NCBI GenBank assembly: GCA_963833125.1 | Contig: CAWHWX010000034.1 | Coordinates: forward strand, 1 to 64,000 | Direction of reading: 5' to 3' | DNA length: 64,000 bases | Origin: Candidatus Bathyarchaeota archaeon | GTDB taxonomy: Archaea; Thermoproteota; Bathyarchaeia; 40CM-2-53-6 | Shown: in pieces, positions 10,120 through 19,299 of the stretch | Layout of the letters: each line of letters starts with the position of its first letter | Position numbering within the stretch: position 1 is the stretch's first letter | Notes under the pieces: generated by a model | Seen by the model: only the letters and a program-made list of their open reading frames with translations | What the model was told of the DNA's origin: nothing | Databases searched by the model: none | Program-made: the position numbers and the translations under genes

Positions 10120-10882
10120 GGCGAGATCATTGTCTCGAAGCGACGCACAACAGCTTGTAGTAACCCTCCCAGTCTACAAGGACACAAAATTCCTCGGTGC
10201 AACAACCGTCAGACTAGAGGAGGCCACTCAAGCGATCAATCCAAATTTCACACTACTGATCGCAGAAGACGGCTCCAACTCATCTCCCACAGTTGACGAG
10301 TTGAAATGGAAATACCAGAACATCATCCATTTACAGAACGACCGTCGCCTAGGTCGCGGAAAGGCCTTACGTGAAGCCTGGGGAAAGGTGCCGGGTGAAA
10401 CGTATGTTTACGTTGATGTGGATTTGGCTACCGACCTGGAGAAGTTCAACGCCTACCGAAATTTGATCGAGTTGGGTAAACAATTTGATCTGGTCACGGG
10501 CTCACGGTATATTCAGGGCTCAATCACAAATCGGCCCTGGCTTAGAAGAGCGAGCTCAATTGCATACAACGGACTGGTTCGTGTACTATTCAACACTGGT
10601 GTCCACGACCACCAGTGCGGTTTCAAGTCGTTTTCACGAAAGCTCGTAGAATACTTGAATATCCAAGCCAAGAGCGATTCTTGGTTCTGGGATACCGAAG
10701 TCATAGTCCTGGCCAGGAAGATGGGCTTCACCATCCAGGAAATTCCGATTCATTGGACGGAGAAAAAAGGTAGCCGAACCCCACTGAAGCGACTCTTGAA
10801 AGACATGTGGCTTCACGGAAGCGGCTTACTTACCCTCTTTTTCAGGATCCATTTCCCTGATTCGGGTCGCAGCTTATCTTGA
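10112..10882 (+). CDS. GT2 dolichyl-phosphate hexosyltransferase-like
   Basis: IAEDGS, GRGKAL, YVDVDLATD, GSRY, DHQCGFK, WFWDTE. Confidence 0.85.
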   Translation: MLKARSLSRSDAQQLVVTLPVYKDTKFLGATTVRLEEATQAINPNFTLLIAEDGSNSSPTVDELKWKYQNIIHLQNDRRLGRGKALREAWGKVPGETYVYVDVDLATDLEKFNAYRNLIELGKQFDLVTGSRYIQGSITNRPWLRRASSIAYNGLVRVLFNTGVHDHQCGFKSFSRKLVEYLNIQAKSDSWFWDTEVIVLARKMGFTIQEIPIHWTEKKGSRTPLKRLLKDMWLHGSGLLTLFFRIHFPDSGRSLS

Positions 10883-10935
10883 AGTCACCTTAACCAATAA
10901 CCAGAAGAAATAGGCTTCAGGTAGGTGTTCTTCAG

Positions 10936-12582
10936 TTGACCGCGGTCGCACACATCATCGAGAATGCATTGGTGAGGCTTGGCGATCTAGTCCCTCCCGC
11001 AGAACGGGTAGCCGTCTGCGCCTACGGGCCAGCCGTATTCGCGAAGCCCGGTGTGACTCGCGGCCAGGACTTGTTGGTCTTATGCGAAAGTTACTCGAAC
11101 GGCTTGAGGGCGCATCTGAGAGTTTACGATGGTGAGGAATTCAGGTTTCTAATTGCCGACCGTGCGCTAGTAGAATCAGATATCGAAAGTGGTACCCTAG
11201 GTGACTACCTAACTGAGCAATTTCTCTATCCATATCGCCCCCTGCTCAACGACGAGTACTTGGAAAAAATCGGTGAGAAAGCTAAGATCCGAGTCGCGGA
11301 AGAGGAGGCGAAGGACCTCGTCATTGAATTTCGTGAAATGTGTCGGGGGCTGGTGGCATCTCCAGAGTTTTTCGGTCTCTCGCGAATGAGAAAACTTGCC
11401 CGAGTATCCATCCCAAGCATGACGGAGTATCTACGGCTTCTTGAGAAACCTGTCCGAGAACAAAACCGAGTAGCTCTTAGAAGCTCCTTCAAGTCGGCCA
11501 TCGCCGCAACCAAAGGCGAGGTCCTGAAGGTTGAAGGCGATTATGTATCGCTGGAGGACGGTGCCGTAGATCGCTGGTTGAAGGATAGAGTCTCAGAACA
11601 GGTGGTTAACGTTTTGAGGCAGAGCCAGCGGGCGTTCTATTCATATCTTACAAAAGGACGTGCAATGTACCTGAGCCCCGACCTTCTTGCCCGCGAACTC
11701 TACAGCCCTCTGAAACTAACACTGGATACAGAATTGGGGCGGATGAAGCCCGAGGATCCGAAGAACTATCTTTACTTGAAAACATCCGCAGGTCTAGTTC
11801 CGCTGGGAGAGAAGGAGTCACTTGACGAAGTCATTGCGAATCTGAAACTCGGTGGCCCGATTACGATCACCCCTTTAGCTGGTGTACTCAATGAGGTATT
11901 CTTGGTAACCGCAGGCAAGGACCAGCTTGTTGTCAAGAAATTTACCGACTGGCACGGTTTCAAATGGTTCACATTAAACCTAGTTTCGTTAGGAAGTAAG
12001 CTCTTTGCGGTTTCTGGAAAGGCGCGGATGACAAATGAGTACGGAATGAATCGGTATCTCGCAAAACGGGGGCTGAAGGTCCCGAACATAGTTTACTTGA
12101 ATATCAAGCAACGCATCCTAGTGGAGCGGTATCTTCCCGGCCCGTCCTTTGCTGATCTGGCGAAAGAGGCGGTAAACAGGTCGCAGCTGACCGAGTCTGA
12201 ATCCAAGCTAGCTGAATCACTCGGAGAAACACTCGCTGACATCCATCGGTCGGGTGTCTCTGTCGGGGACACAAAACCAGAAAACTTTGTGATCAAAGAC
12301 GGGAAGATATTCGTAGTGGATCTGGAACAAGCTGGCAAACGTAAGGATTACGCTTGGGACATCGCGGAATTAGTGTTCTACATTGGCCACTACCGAAACT
12401 CCCCTACGGTAACTGGGGGCCTCAAATCAACAATCGAAGCGATAGCGACCGGCTATAGTCATAAAGGCGATTCTGCTGAATTACGAAAAGCGGCCGCAGT
12501 AAGGTTCGCAAAGGTATTCTCCATTTGGACCTCTGCCCCCGTGATTTTGGAAATATCTAGAATACTGCGAGAAGCGCGATGA
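10936..12582 (+). CDS. Fusion of a degenerate nucleotidyltransferase-like N-domain and an atypical kinase (Kdo/RIO/Bud32-like) C-domain
   Basis: N-terminal AVCAYGP...QDLLVL resembles a Pol-beta NTase motif; C-terminal VVKKF, H...GDTKPEN and VDLEQA are kinase motifs. Confidence 0.7.
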   Translation: MTAVAHIIENALVRLGDLVPPAERVAVCAYGPAVFAKPGVTRGQDLLVLCESYSNGLRAHLRVYDGEEFRFLIADRALVESDIESGTLGDYLTEQFLYPYRPLLNDEYLEKIGEKAKIRVAEEEAKDLVIEFREMCRGLVASPEFFGLSRMRKLARVSIPSMTEYLRLLEKPVREQNRVALRSSFKSAIAATKGEVLKVEGDYVSLEDGAVDRWLKDRVSEQVVNVLRQSQRAFYSYLTKGRAMYLSPDLLARELYSPLKLTLDTELGRMKPEDPKNYLYLKTSAGLVPLGEKESLDEVIANLKLGGPITITPLAGVLNEVFLVTAGKDQLVVKKFTDWHGFKWFTLNLVSLGSKLFAVSGKARMTNEYGMNRYLAKRGLKVPNIVYLNIKQRILVERYLPGPSFADLAKEAVNRSQLTESESKLAESLGETLADIHRSGVSVGDTKPENFVIKDGKIFVVDLEQAGKRKDYAWDIAELVFYIGHYRNSPTVTGGLKSTIEAIATGYSHKGDSAELRKAAAVRFAKVFSIWTSAPVILEISRILREAR

Positions 12583-12587
12583 CCTAA

Positions 12588-13271
12588 ATGCGGAATCCGA
12601 CCGAAAATGATGAGATTGGAAAGGGGAAGGGAATTCACGAGCACCGTAGACCTCGCGTAGTCGTGTTCGACCTTGACGGCACCTTAACACCCATCGACAG
12701 CCTCTGGCGCTTCCTCCACGACGCCCTTGGCACGTGGGAGCAGGCGAAGGCTGGAGCACAGAAGTATCGAAGAGGAGATATCACATACAAGACGTGGGCG
12801 GAGACGGATGCTCGCTACTGGGCTGGGGCTCCGTTAACTCAGGTGACCCGCATTCTCGACGGGATTCCTTATCGTGAGGGAGTTAGAGAGGTTTTCAGTG
12901 AGTTGAGGAAGCGGGAAGTAAGAACAGTTATCCTAAGCGCGGGCTTATCCCTATTGGCTGAGAAAGCGGCTAAGGAACTTGGAGCCGACCTAGCAATCGC
13001 TAACGAACTTCGAACTGATAACGGGCGTTTGACGGGGGAGGTAATTGTGAAAGTGGCGGTTAACGGTAAGGAAGAGATAATTGAGCGCCTCGCCTCCCAA
13101 TTCAATGTTCCATTGCGAGATGTTGCCCTCGTGGGAGATCGGGGTTTCGATATATCAAACGAAGAATGCTTGAGAATAGCCTACAAACCCAAGGATGATG
13201 TTGCAAGGCGCGAAGCTGATTTTGTAGTAGAGGACGAGGATATGAGGGCTATACTCCAATACCTTATCTGA
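12588..13271 (+). CDS. HAD-IB phosphatase (phosphoserine phosphatase-like)
   Basis: FDLDGTL, ILSAG, ANEL...LTGEV, K, VGD motifs. Confidence 0.85.
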   Translation: MRNPTENDEIGKGKGIHEHRRPRVVVFDLDGTLTPIDSLWRFLHDALGTWEQAKAGAQKYRRGDITYKTWAETDARYWAGAPLTQVTRILDGIPYREGVREVFSELRKREVRTVILSAGLSLLAEKAAKELGADLAIANELRTDNGRLTGEVIVKVAVNGKEEIIERLASQFNVPLRDVALVGDRGFDISNEECLRIAYKPKDDVARREADFVVEDEDMRAILQYLI

Positions 13272-13320
13272 AGCGGTACCCAGCAATCCTGTTTGCGATT
13301 CATAACTGAGGATTCAGCTT

Positions 13321-13770
13321 TTGCCTACCGCTGAGGAGTCGATGGTTTGTCGCGGAGTCAACGGCTCGATCAGCTTATCCAGGGAGAAGATGGTGGTTCG
13401 TAGTGAAGGGTTCGGCTCGGTTCAATTTCGCGAGTTGCCTCTCAGCAAGATCACAGCGGTTGTGGTGGAACGCAAGGGCGTGATTCCGTTTGCAATCTTA
13501 ACAATACTTGCGGTTTCGGTTACCGCTTTGGCTTGGTACAATGCCCTGTGGTTTTTGATCAATCTTACACAGCAAGAGATTCTAATAGTCGCTTCAGCCG
13601 GGCTGTTTGCTACGGTTGTGTGTGCGATTCCAACAGTGTTCCGCATCCTCTTCGTTAACGTGTTAGTGCGCTCCGAAGGAGAGCCAAACGCGCTAATCAT
13701 TAGATTTGTACTCGTACGTCGAGCAAAGCGTTTGGCGAGGCGGTTTCGCGAATTTTCGTCAACGAGCTGA
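13321..13770 (+). CDS. Hypothetical membrane protein (2 TM)
   Basis: Operon-spaced ORF with two hydrophobic segments. Confidence 0.55.
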   Translation: MPTAEESMVCRGVNGSISLSREKMVVRSEGFGSVQFRELPLSKITAVVVERKGVIPFAILTILAVSVTALAWYNALWFLINLTQQEILIVASAGLFATVVCAIPTVFRILFVNVLVRSEGEPNALIIRFVLVRRAKRLARRFREFSSTS

Positions 13771-13778
13771 AATGAATA

Positions 13779-14610
13779 ATGAAAATTACAGAGGGGTCAT
13801 TGGTTCTTCTCTACTGGGATCTAAGGCGGCAATGGTTGCTCAGAGTCGAGAAAGGCAAACAGTTTCACACCCACAAGGGGTTCATCAAGGTAGACGAGCT
13901 CATTGGCTCGGACTTTGGAACCTCAGTGAAGAGCTCATTAGGCGAGGTTTTTTGGGTTCTCAAGCCGACTACCCACGATTTCATCATGCACACCGTTCGA
14001 CAGACTCAGATAATGTACCCGAAAGATATCGGCATTATTCTGTTGAAACTCTCCCTAACGTCAGGTATGAAAGTTCTCGAGGTTGGGACGGGAAGTGGCG
14101 CAATGACGGTCGCCGCTGCGACTGCTGTAAGGCCGGGAGGTCATGTGCACACGTATGAGGCCCGGAATGAATTCGCGGATATCGCTGAACGCAACTTGAA
14201 GCGGGCCTCCGTCTCCGACTATGTGACAATTCATAGGGTCGACGCGAGTGGGGGTGTGGAAGGAACTGATTTTGAAGCGGCGATAATTGACGTCGGGGAT
14301 CCTTGGCCCCTGATCCCTCATATTCACAATGCCCTGTCGGGGGGCGCTCCGGTTGTTTCCATTCAGCCCGACTTTTAACCAAGTCGAGAAGACCACAGAG
14401 ACGTTTGCGAGAGTTGGATTCGTCAACGTACACACCTTAGAATGTTTCATTCGAGAAATCAGGGCTGACACCGGAAAGACCAGGCCGGCAACAATCATGG
14501 TCGGCCATACGGGTTACATGACATTCGCGCAGAAGATAATTCGCCCAAGCCCAGTCCAATTAGCTAGTGCGACACCCATTCCCGATTCTGATCCAGACTC
14601 ATTTGTCTGA
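13779..14610 (+). CDS. trmI: tRNA (adenine-N1)-methyltransferase, frameshifted near 14365
   Basis: FHTHKG, TQIMYPKD, VLEVGTGSG, D.GDPW; continues as FSPTFNQV...TRP...VGHTGY in the 14329 frame. Confidence 0.9.
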
Positions 14611-14976
14611 CTCTATTAGTTCCAGCCAGTTTCCGTCTGGATCTTTAATGAATGCGATTTTCGATGTGGAGCCCTGGAGTGAGAATGACTCCATGGCGAT
14701 TGTTACTCCGTGACCTCTCAAGTCGTTGATGGTTGAATCTATGTTGTTAACTCTGAATGCTATGTGGTCGAAATTGTCGCCTTCCTTCAACTCTTTCTTG
14801 TCCCGCCAATAAGTCAACTCGATCGCCCCACCGTCATTATCCTGCAAGAAGGCGATCTCAGCGTTGTTCTGTTTGACTTCGCGACGGCTAACAAATTTCA
14901 AGCCGATCTCTTTCGTGTAGAACTCTATCGAGTGGTCCATATTGGAGACGTTCAGGCAAGTGTGAAGAATCCTCAC
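14599..14976 (-). CDS. VOC/glyoxalase I family protein (lactoylglutathione lyase-like)
   Basis: ILHTCLNV, IELTY, DHIAF, FIKDPDGNWLELI. Confidence 0.9.
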   Translation of the reverse strand: MRILHTCLNVSNMDHSIEFYTKEIGLKFVSRREVKQNNAEIAFLQDNDGGAIELTYWRDKKELKEGDNFDHIAFRVNNIDSTINDLRGHGVTIAMESFSLQGSTSKIAFIKDPDGNWLELIESDK

Positions 14977-15007
14977 AGGTCGACACCCTAGGTCAGATGA
15001 GTTGGAG

Positions 15008-15048
15008 GAAAAAGAAAAAGTTGACGGGGGCTTGACGAAAGCCCTCGT
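15008..15048 (-). terminator. Hairpin plus U-tract downstream of gdhA
   Basis: Minus strand reads ACGAGGGCTT-TCGTC-AAGCCCCCGT followed by a T-rich tract (TTTTTCTTTTT). Confidence 0.6.
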
Positions 15049-15073
15049 GATTTTGTCTTCTGTTGGGACTTGT

Positions 15074-16435
15074 TTAGACTAGGCCTTGGTCCAACATTGA
15101 GTTAGCTACTTTTATGAATCCTGCAATGTTGGCGCCGTTAACGAGGTTGCCAGGTGTACCGTACTCGTTGGCGGTTTCGAAGCAAGCTTTGTGAATCTTC
15201 ACCATGATGTCGTGTAGCCTGCTGTCGACTTCTTCGCACGTCCAACTTAGTCTTAGACTGTTCTGTGACATCTCGAGACCAGATGTTGCGACTCCGCCTG
15301 CGTTGGCTGCTTTCGCTGGGCCGTAGAGTATCTTGTGGTCTAGGAATGCTTTTGTCGCGTCGAGTGTGGATGGCATGTTGGCGCCTTCAGAGACAACGTA
15401 AACCCCGTTCTTCAGCAGGTTGGCTGCATCCTTGGCATTGATTTCGTTTTGAGTAGCGCTTGGAAATGCGCATTGAGCCTTTATGTCCCAAATCGGGTTG
15501 TGATCCAGCTTTGGATCGACCGGTGTGAATTTTGTGCTCTTGAATTTATCCGCAAATTCCTTGATTCTTCCGCGTTTGACATTCTTGAGGTTCATAACAA
15601 ACGCGAGCTTCTCAGTATCGATTCCGGCACTATCGTAGATGAAGCCGCTTGAGTCGGAAAGTGTAACGGCTTTCGCTCCTAATTGGGTCAGTTTCTCGAC
15701 AGTGTATTGGGCTACGTTACCACTACCGGAGACTAGGGCTAGCTTTCCCTTCAGGTTCTCGTTGCGGGTCTTGAGCATTTCTTCAGCGAAGTAGACTGCT
15801 CCATAGCCTGTGGCTTCTGGGCGAATCAACGAGCCTCCCCAGTTCAAACCTTTCCCAGTCAATACGCCGGTAAACTCATCCTTCAGTCTCTTGTACTGTC
15901 CAAACAAGTAGCCGATTTCGCGACCGCCGACTCCAATATCGCCGGCTGGTACGTCCGTGTTCGGCCCAATGTGCCTGAAGAGTTCGCTCATGAAGCTTTG
16001 ACAGAAACGCATTACCTCATCGTCACTCTTCCCCTTCGGGTCGAAGTCGGATCCTCCTTTGCCTCCTCCCATCGGAAGAGTGGTCAGAGAGTTCTTGAGG
16101 ACTTGCTCGAAAGCAAGGAACTTGAGTATCCCGAGGTTGACTGTGGGATGGAATCTGAGGCCGCCCTTGTATGGTCCGATGGCACTATTCATCTCAATTC
16201 GGAAGCCGCGATTTACGCAATAGTTGCTTTTGTCATCTTGCCATGGTACTCGGAACATTAGGACGCGTTCCGGTTCAATTATTCGCTCTAGGATCTTAGC
16301 TTTCTTGTACTCTGGGTGACGTTCGAGGACGATGCTGACTGACTCGGCCACCTCCTGAACTGCTTGATGAAATTCAGGTTCGGCGGGGTTCTTTGCTTTA
16401 ACTTCACTCAATATTTTTGAGATATAATCATTCAT
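15074..16435 (-). CDS. gdhA: NADP-specific glutamate dehydrogenase
   Basis: GPYKGGLRFHP, GGGKGGSDFDPK, DVPAGDIGVG, RPEATGYG, GSGNVA, EGANMP. Confidence 0.97.
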   Translation of the reverse strand: MNDYISKILSEVKAKNPAEPEFHQAVQEVAESVSIVLERHPEYKKAKILERIIEPERVLMFRVPWQDDKSNYCVNRGFRIEMNSAIGPYKGGLRFHPTVNLGILKFLAFEQVLKNSLTTLPMGGGKGGSDFDPKGKSDDEVMRFCQSFMSELFRHIGPNTDVPAGDIGVGGREIGYLFGQYKRLKDEFTGVLTGKGLNWGGSLIRPEATGYGAVYFAEEMLKTRNENLKGKLALVSGSGNVAQYTVEKLTQLGAKAVTLSDSSGFIYDSAGIDTEKLAFVMNLKNVKRGRIKEFADKFKSTKFTPVDPKLDHNPIWDIKAQCAFPSATQNEINAKDAANLLKNGVYVVSEGANMPSTLDATKAFLDHKILYGPAKAANAGGVATSGLEMSQNSLRLSWTCEEVDSRLHDIMVKIHKACFETANEYGTPGNLVNGANIAGFIKVANSMLDQGLV

Positions 16436-16550
16436 CCATCTTCACCTTTCATTTCCAATGAATAGGCGGCAAACATCCATTATGTATAAAGTCTATGGGA
16501 AGCTTTTATTTCACGAAATAAGAACAGAGTGAAGACATAGGTGGAAATCG

Positions 16551-16754
16551 CTGTCAGAAATTTCGGTCCGGAAGGAACGTGGGCCTCTTAATGTCGTACT
16601 GATCTTGGTCGCCGTTGCATTGACCGTTTTGCCAAGCTATATCGCGTATTACCTAATGAGGCACGCGAACCTGAGCATTTCAATTGTTGCTATCGTCGCC
16701 ATCGGAATGTTCATAGTCGGAGCATTTCTGATCGTAAACCTGCTCAAAGAGTAA
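16551..16754 (+). CDS. Small 2-TM membrane protein (67 aa), probable CTG start; not in ORF track
   Basis: (M)SEISVRKERGPLNVVLILVAVALTVLPSYIAYYLMRHANLSISIVAIVAIGMFIVGAFLIVNLLKE*. GGTGG at 16540-16544; in-frame TGA at 16530. Confidence 0.6.
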   Translation: MSEISVRKERGPLNVVLILVAVALTVLPSYIAYYLMRHANLSISIVAIVAIGMFIVGAFLIVNLLKE

Positions 16755-16767
16755 CGATTCGGTTCTT

Positions 16768-17559
16768 TCACAGCCCGAGCAGTATGTACGTGTACGCAGT
16801 GAGAACCAAGGCGACAACAAACAATATCGCCCAATAAGACCGGTTCCACGCGTATACTTTTCTCCCATCGAAGATTGCGAACGGAATCAGGTTGAACAAT
16901 GCAAGGAACGCATTGATCGCAGCGCCGTAAAGCACCGCCGAACCAATCTCCGTGTGACCCAGAACCGGCACAGTGACAAGAAGGCTTAACGTGATTACGA
17001 TATTGACGATGGGTCCAGCAATCGCTGTCCAGCCCATTCGAACCTTGTCCGCAAACCCAGAGATCACAACCGCACCGGGAGCGATGAATTTCAGGGGGGA
17101 GACGATTGAGATAGCGGTTAATATTACGCCCATAGTGTTAACGCGGAACTCAGCCCAAAGGCCATACCGTTGCGCCACATATTTGTGAGCAAGCTCATGC
17201 AAAATGAAACCCATTGCAAATAACACCGTCGCCACGATCAATGAAAGCAGCGAGAAGGAATTGCCGATCAGGAATGAAACGCCCGCGGCCGTGACCAACA
17301 CCGTGCCCAGAAGTAAGTGGCGTATCTCCGTGTCGCTGAATTTCAGGCTGCGGGTTCGAGCAGGCAATAGCATACTACGGGCCCCCGTTCCGACTTGATA
17401 AGGTCCTGCCATAATCCTAGCGGATTTGAGTGCTTTGACACGCCAGTTTTCAGAGCAGTCGTGATTCTCAGGGAGCCTATGATCTGGGCAGTAGTAGTTT
17501 CCGCAGTAATTGCATTTGAACGGAAGATCGACTTCCGACCCGCACGTAGCGCATTTCAC
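16768..17559 (-). CDS. AN1 zinc finger fused to an M50 (site-2) intramembrane metalloprotease
   Basis: CATC...CNYC...YCPDHRLPENHDC; HELAH; AGPIVN; FNLIPFAIFDG. Confidence 0.9.
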   Translation of the reverse strand: MKCATCGSEVDLPFKCNYCGNYYCPDHRLPENHDCSENWRVKALKSARIMAGPYQVGTGARSMLLPARTRSLKFSDTEIRHLLLGTVLVTAAGVSFLIGNSFSLLSLIVATVLFAMGFILHELAHKYVAQRYGLWAEFRVNTMGVILTAISIVSPLKFIAPGAVVISGFADKVRMGWTAIAGPIVNIVITLSLLVTVPVLGHTEIGSAVLYGAAINAFLALFNLIPFAIFDGRKVYAWNRSYWAILFVVALVLTAYTYILLGL

Positions 17560-17642
17560 AAGGTGATACTCCCTGGCGGCGGGAATATGTCCTTACTCCT
17601 TACTTTTAATGTTGGCACCCCATTTGGTAATCGTTGTGGTAA

Positions 17643-17822
17643 ATGTTGCCAAAATGCGCAACATGCGGTAGGGAATTCCCCAAACTCGAAAAATGCCAGT
17701 ACTGCAACAACCTGTACTGCCAAGAAGACTATCCAACCCACATGGCTCTGGAACTACGCCACGCAGGCATCGCAGAAGACGAAGGAAAGCTGTGGAGGAA
17801 ACGAAGGGACTCACCGGAGTGA
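17643..17822 (+). CDS. Small AN1-like zinc-finger protein (59 aa); not in ORF track
   Basis: MLPKCATCGREFPKLEKCQYCNNLYCQEDYPTHMALELRHAGIAEDEGKLWRKRRDSPE*. Confidence 0.7.
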   Translation: MLPKCATCGREFPKLEKCQYCNNLYCQEDYPTHMALELRHAGIAEDEGKLWRKRRDSPE

Positions 17823-17899
17823 CCGCGGTACAGGATCGACCATGCATATGCAAGGGATAGTTTATTAGCGAATTCAAAATCGTCTACAATACGAATCCA

Positions 17900-18118
17900 A
17901 TGTCCAAGTACCTCAAACAAGCCGAGAAAGTCAGCGTCCCTCGTCACCGACACTGCATCGTATGCTCCACCCCCATCTCCTTAGAAAAGGAATTCTGCAG
18001 CTCAACCTGTGAAGACGAATTCAAGAAGGTGGAAAGAAAACGAAAGTACCAGCTACTAATCCCAATGCTGATAATGTTCCCTGTACTATTCCTAATCCTG
18101 TTCCTGATGCGACGGTAA
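17900..18118 (+). CDS. DUF2116-like Zn-ribbon membrane protein
   Basis: HRHCIVCSTPI...FCSSTC, basic stretch, C-terminal TM. Confidence 0.8.
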   Translation: MSKYLKQAEKVSVPRHRHCIVCSTPISLEKEFCSSTCEDEFKKVERKRKYQLLIPMLIMFPVLFLILFLMRR

Positions 18119-18152
18119 AGCAACTAACCATCGCAGAAAAACCTGTTTTTGG

Positions 18153-18929
18153 TTAGTCACGCTGGACTTCCTCAACTTCGTTATACCATTTAGTTGAGGT
18201 TCCAACTCTAGCGCGCAACTTCCACCTTAACGTCTTCGGCTGTTTCTCAGCCATGTCCCGAAGCTGATCGATTCTCCCTGAGACAGCCTGCTTATCCTGC
18301 TTGCTGAGGTCGTACTTGCCCAGAAACTCCTTCAATTTGATGAGGTTCTCTGATACCGTGTAGTAGAACCCCCATTCATTCCCCAAAATCTCAGCGATGT
18401 ATCCACCATTGACTTGCTCCTGATCTCCGTCCCCGATGTCGTGTTCGCTGAGAAGGATTATCGCGTCTTGGATGTCTTTTTCATTCGTCTGGACGATCTG
18501 AAGTTTCTGCAGCAGAAGCTCCGCGAGCGGTACAGTGGGTGAATCGATCTCAAGTCTGCCTTTGAATTCGATCACGTGTGACATTTGCAGTTTGTCAAGA
18601 AATACGTCGATTGCTTTGTTTCCTTCCTTGTCATTGAAGATTTGCCTATACATCCCCGTCGCACCGGTGAGCATCATCGAAACATACGGCTCATACCCTA
18701 GGTCAATGAACAATTTCTTCGTGGAAGGCCGATATTTGCTATAGGTAACGAAATCCATGTCATGTTTCGGCTCGCGTTTGAGTCGTTCGTACAGGTCTTT
18801 GTGGTTGGGGCAGTGCATCCGGATGGCTGCTCCACCCATAATTCTCAACGGGATCTTTCGTTTCTCCGCTTCTGATGTTATTCGTCGAATCTCTTTCTCG
18901 AATTCTGGAAATGTCGCGAATCCGCCCAA
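18153..18929 (-). CDS. Uncharacterised nucleotidyltransferase-fold protein
   Basis: LRIMGGAAI...HDMDFV (GG...DxD), IDVFLD, LLLQKLQI..NEKD. Confidence 0.7.
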   Translation of the reverse strand: MGGFATFPEFEKEIRRITSEAEKRKIPLRIMGGAAIRMHCPNHKDLYERLKREPKHDMDFVTYSKYRPSTKKLFIDLGYEPYVSMMLTGATGMYRQIFNDKEGNKAIDVFLDKLQMSHVIEFKGRLEIDSPTVPLAELLLQKLQIVQTNEKDIQDAIILLSEHDIGDGDQEQVNGGYIAEILGNEWGFYYTVSENLIKLKEFLGKYDLSKQDKQAVSGRIDQLRDMAEKQPKTLRWKLRARVGTSTKWYNEVEEVQRD

Positions 18930-19299
18930 GTAATAATCAACACTTAATGTTTCGCATTTGTTCTTTGTCGATCCGTCGACTGCACTCTATGTTTCCACAA
19001 CTCGCAATGAAGAATGTGCCTAACTTCTATTAAGAATGTGCGATGCTGCACAATGAAAAGTGGGTAGGGCACTTCGAATCTTCGTTCCTGACTTCACAGG
19101 TAGGACTATTGTTAACACCCGACTGTAAATCAATTCATACTCCTCGTTTTCGATTAACGACTTGTGGATGGTTTTCGGGACGATTGTTTCTTGAGTGCGA
19201 CACATTTTCGAAGCAAGTTGCGTAGGGAAATCGTTCCAACCTTAATTTGACAGGTAGCATGACATCTACTTGCTTATCGCATTCTGAGGTCGCAATCAA

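Noticed and set aside
18930-19299. Small ORFs (19020-19205, 19043-19225) or an RNA gene in the divergent gap
   Set aside because: No protein motif, tRNA cloverleaf or clear structure; probably promoter DNA.
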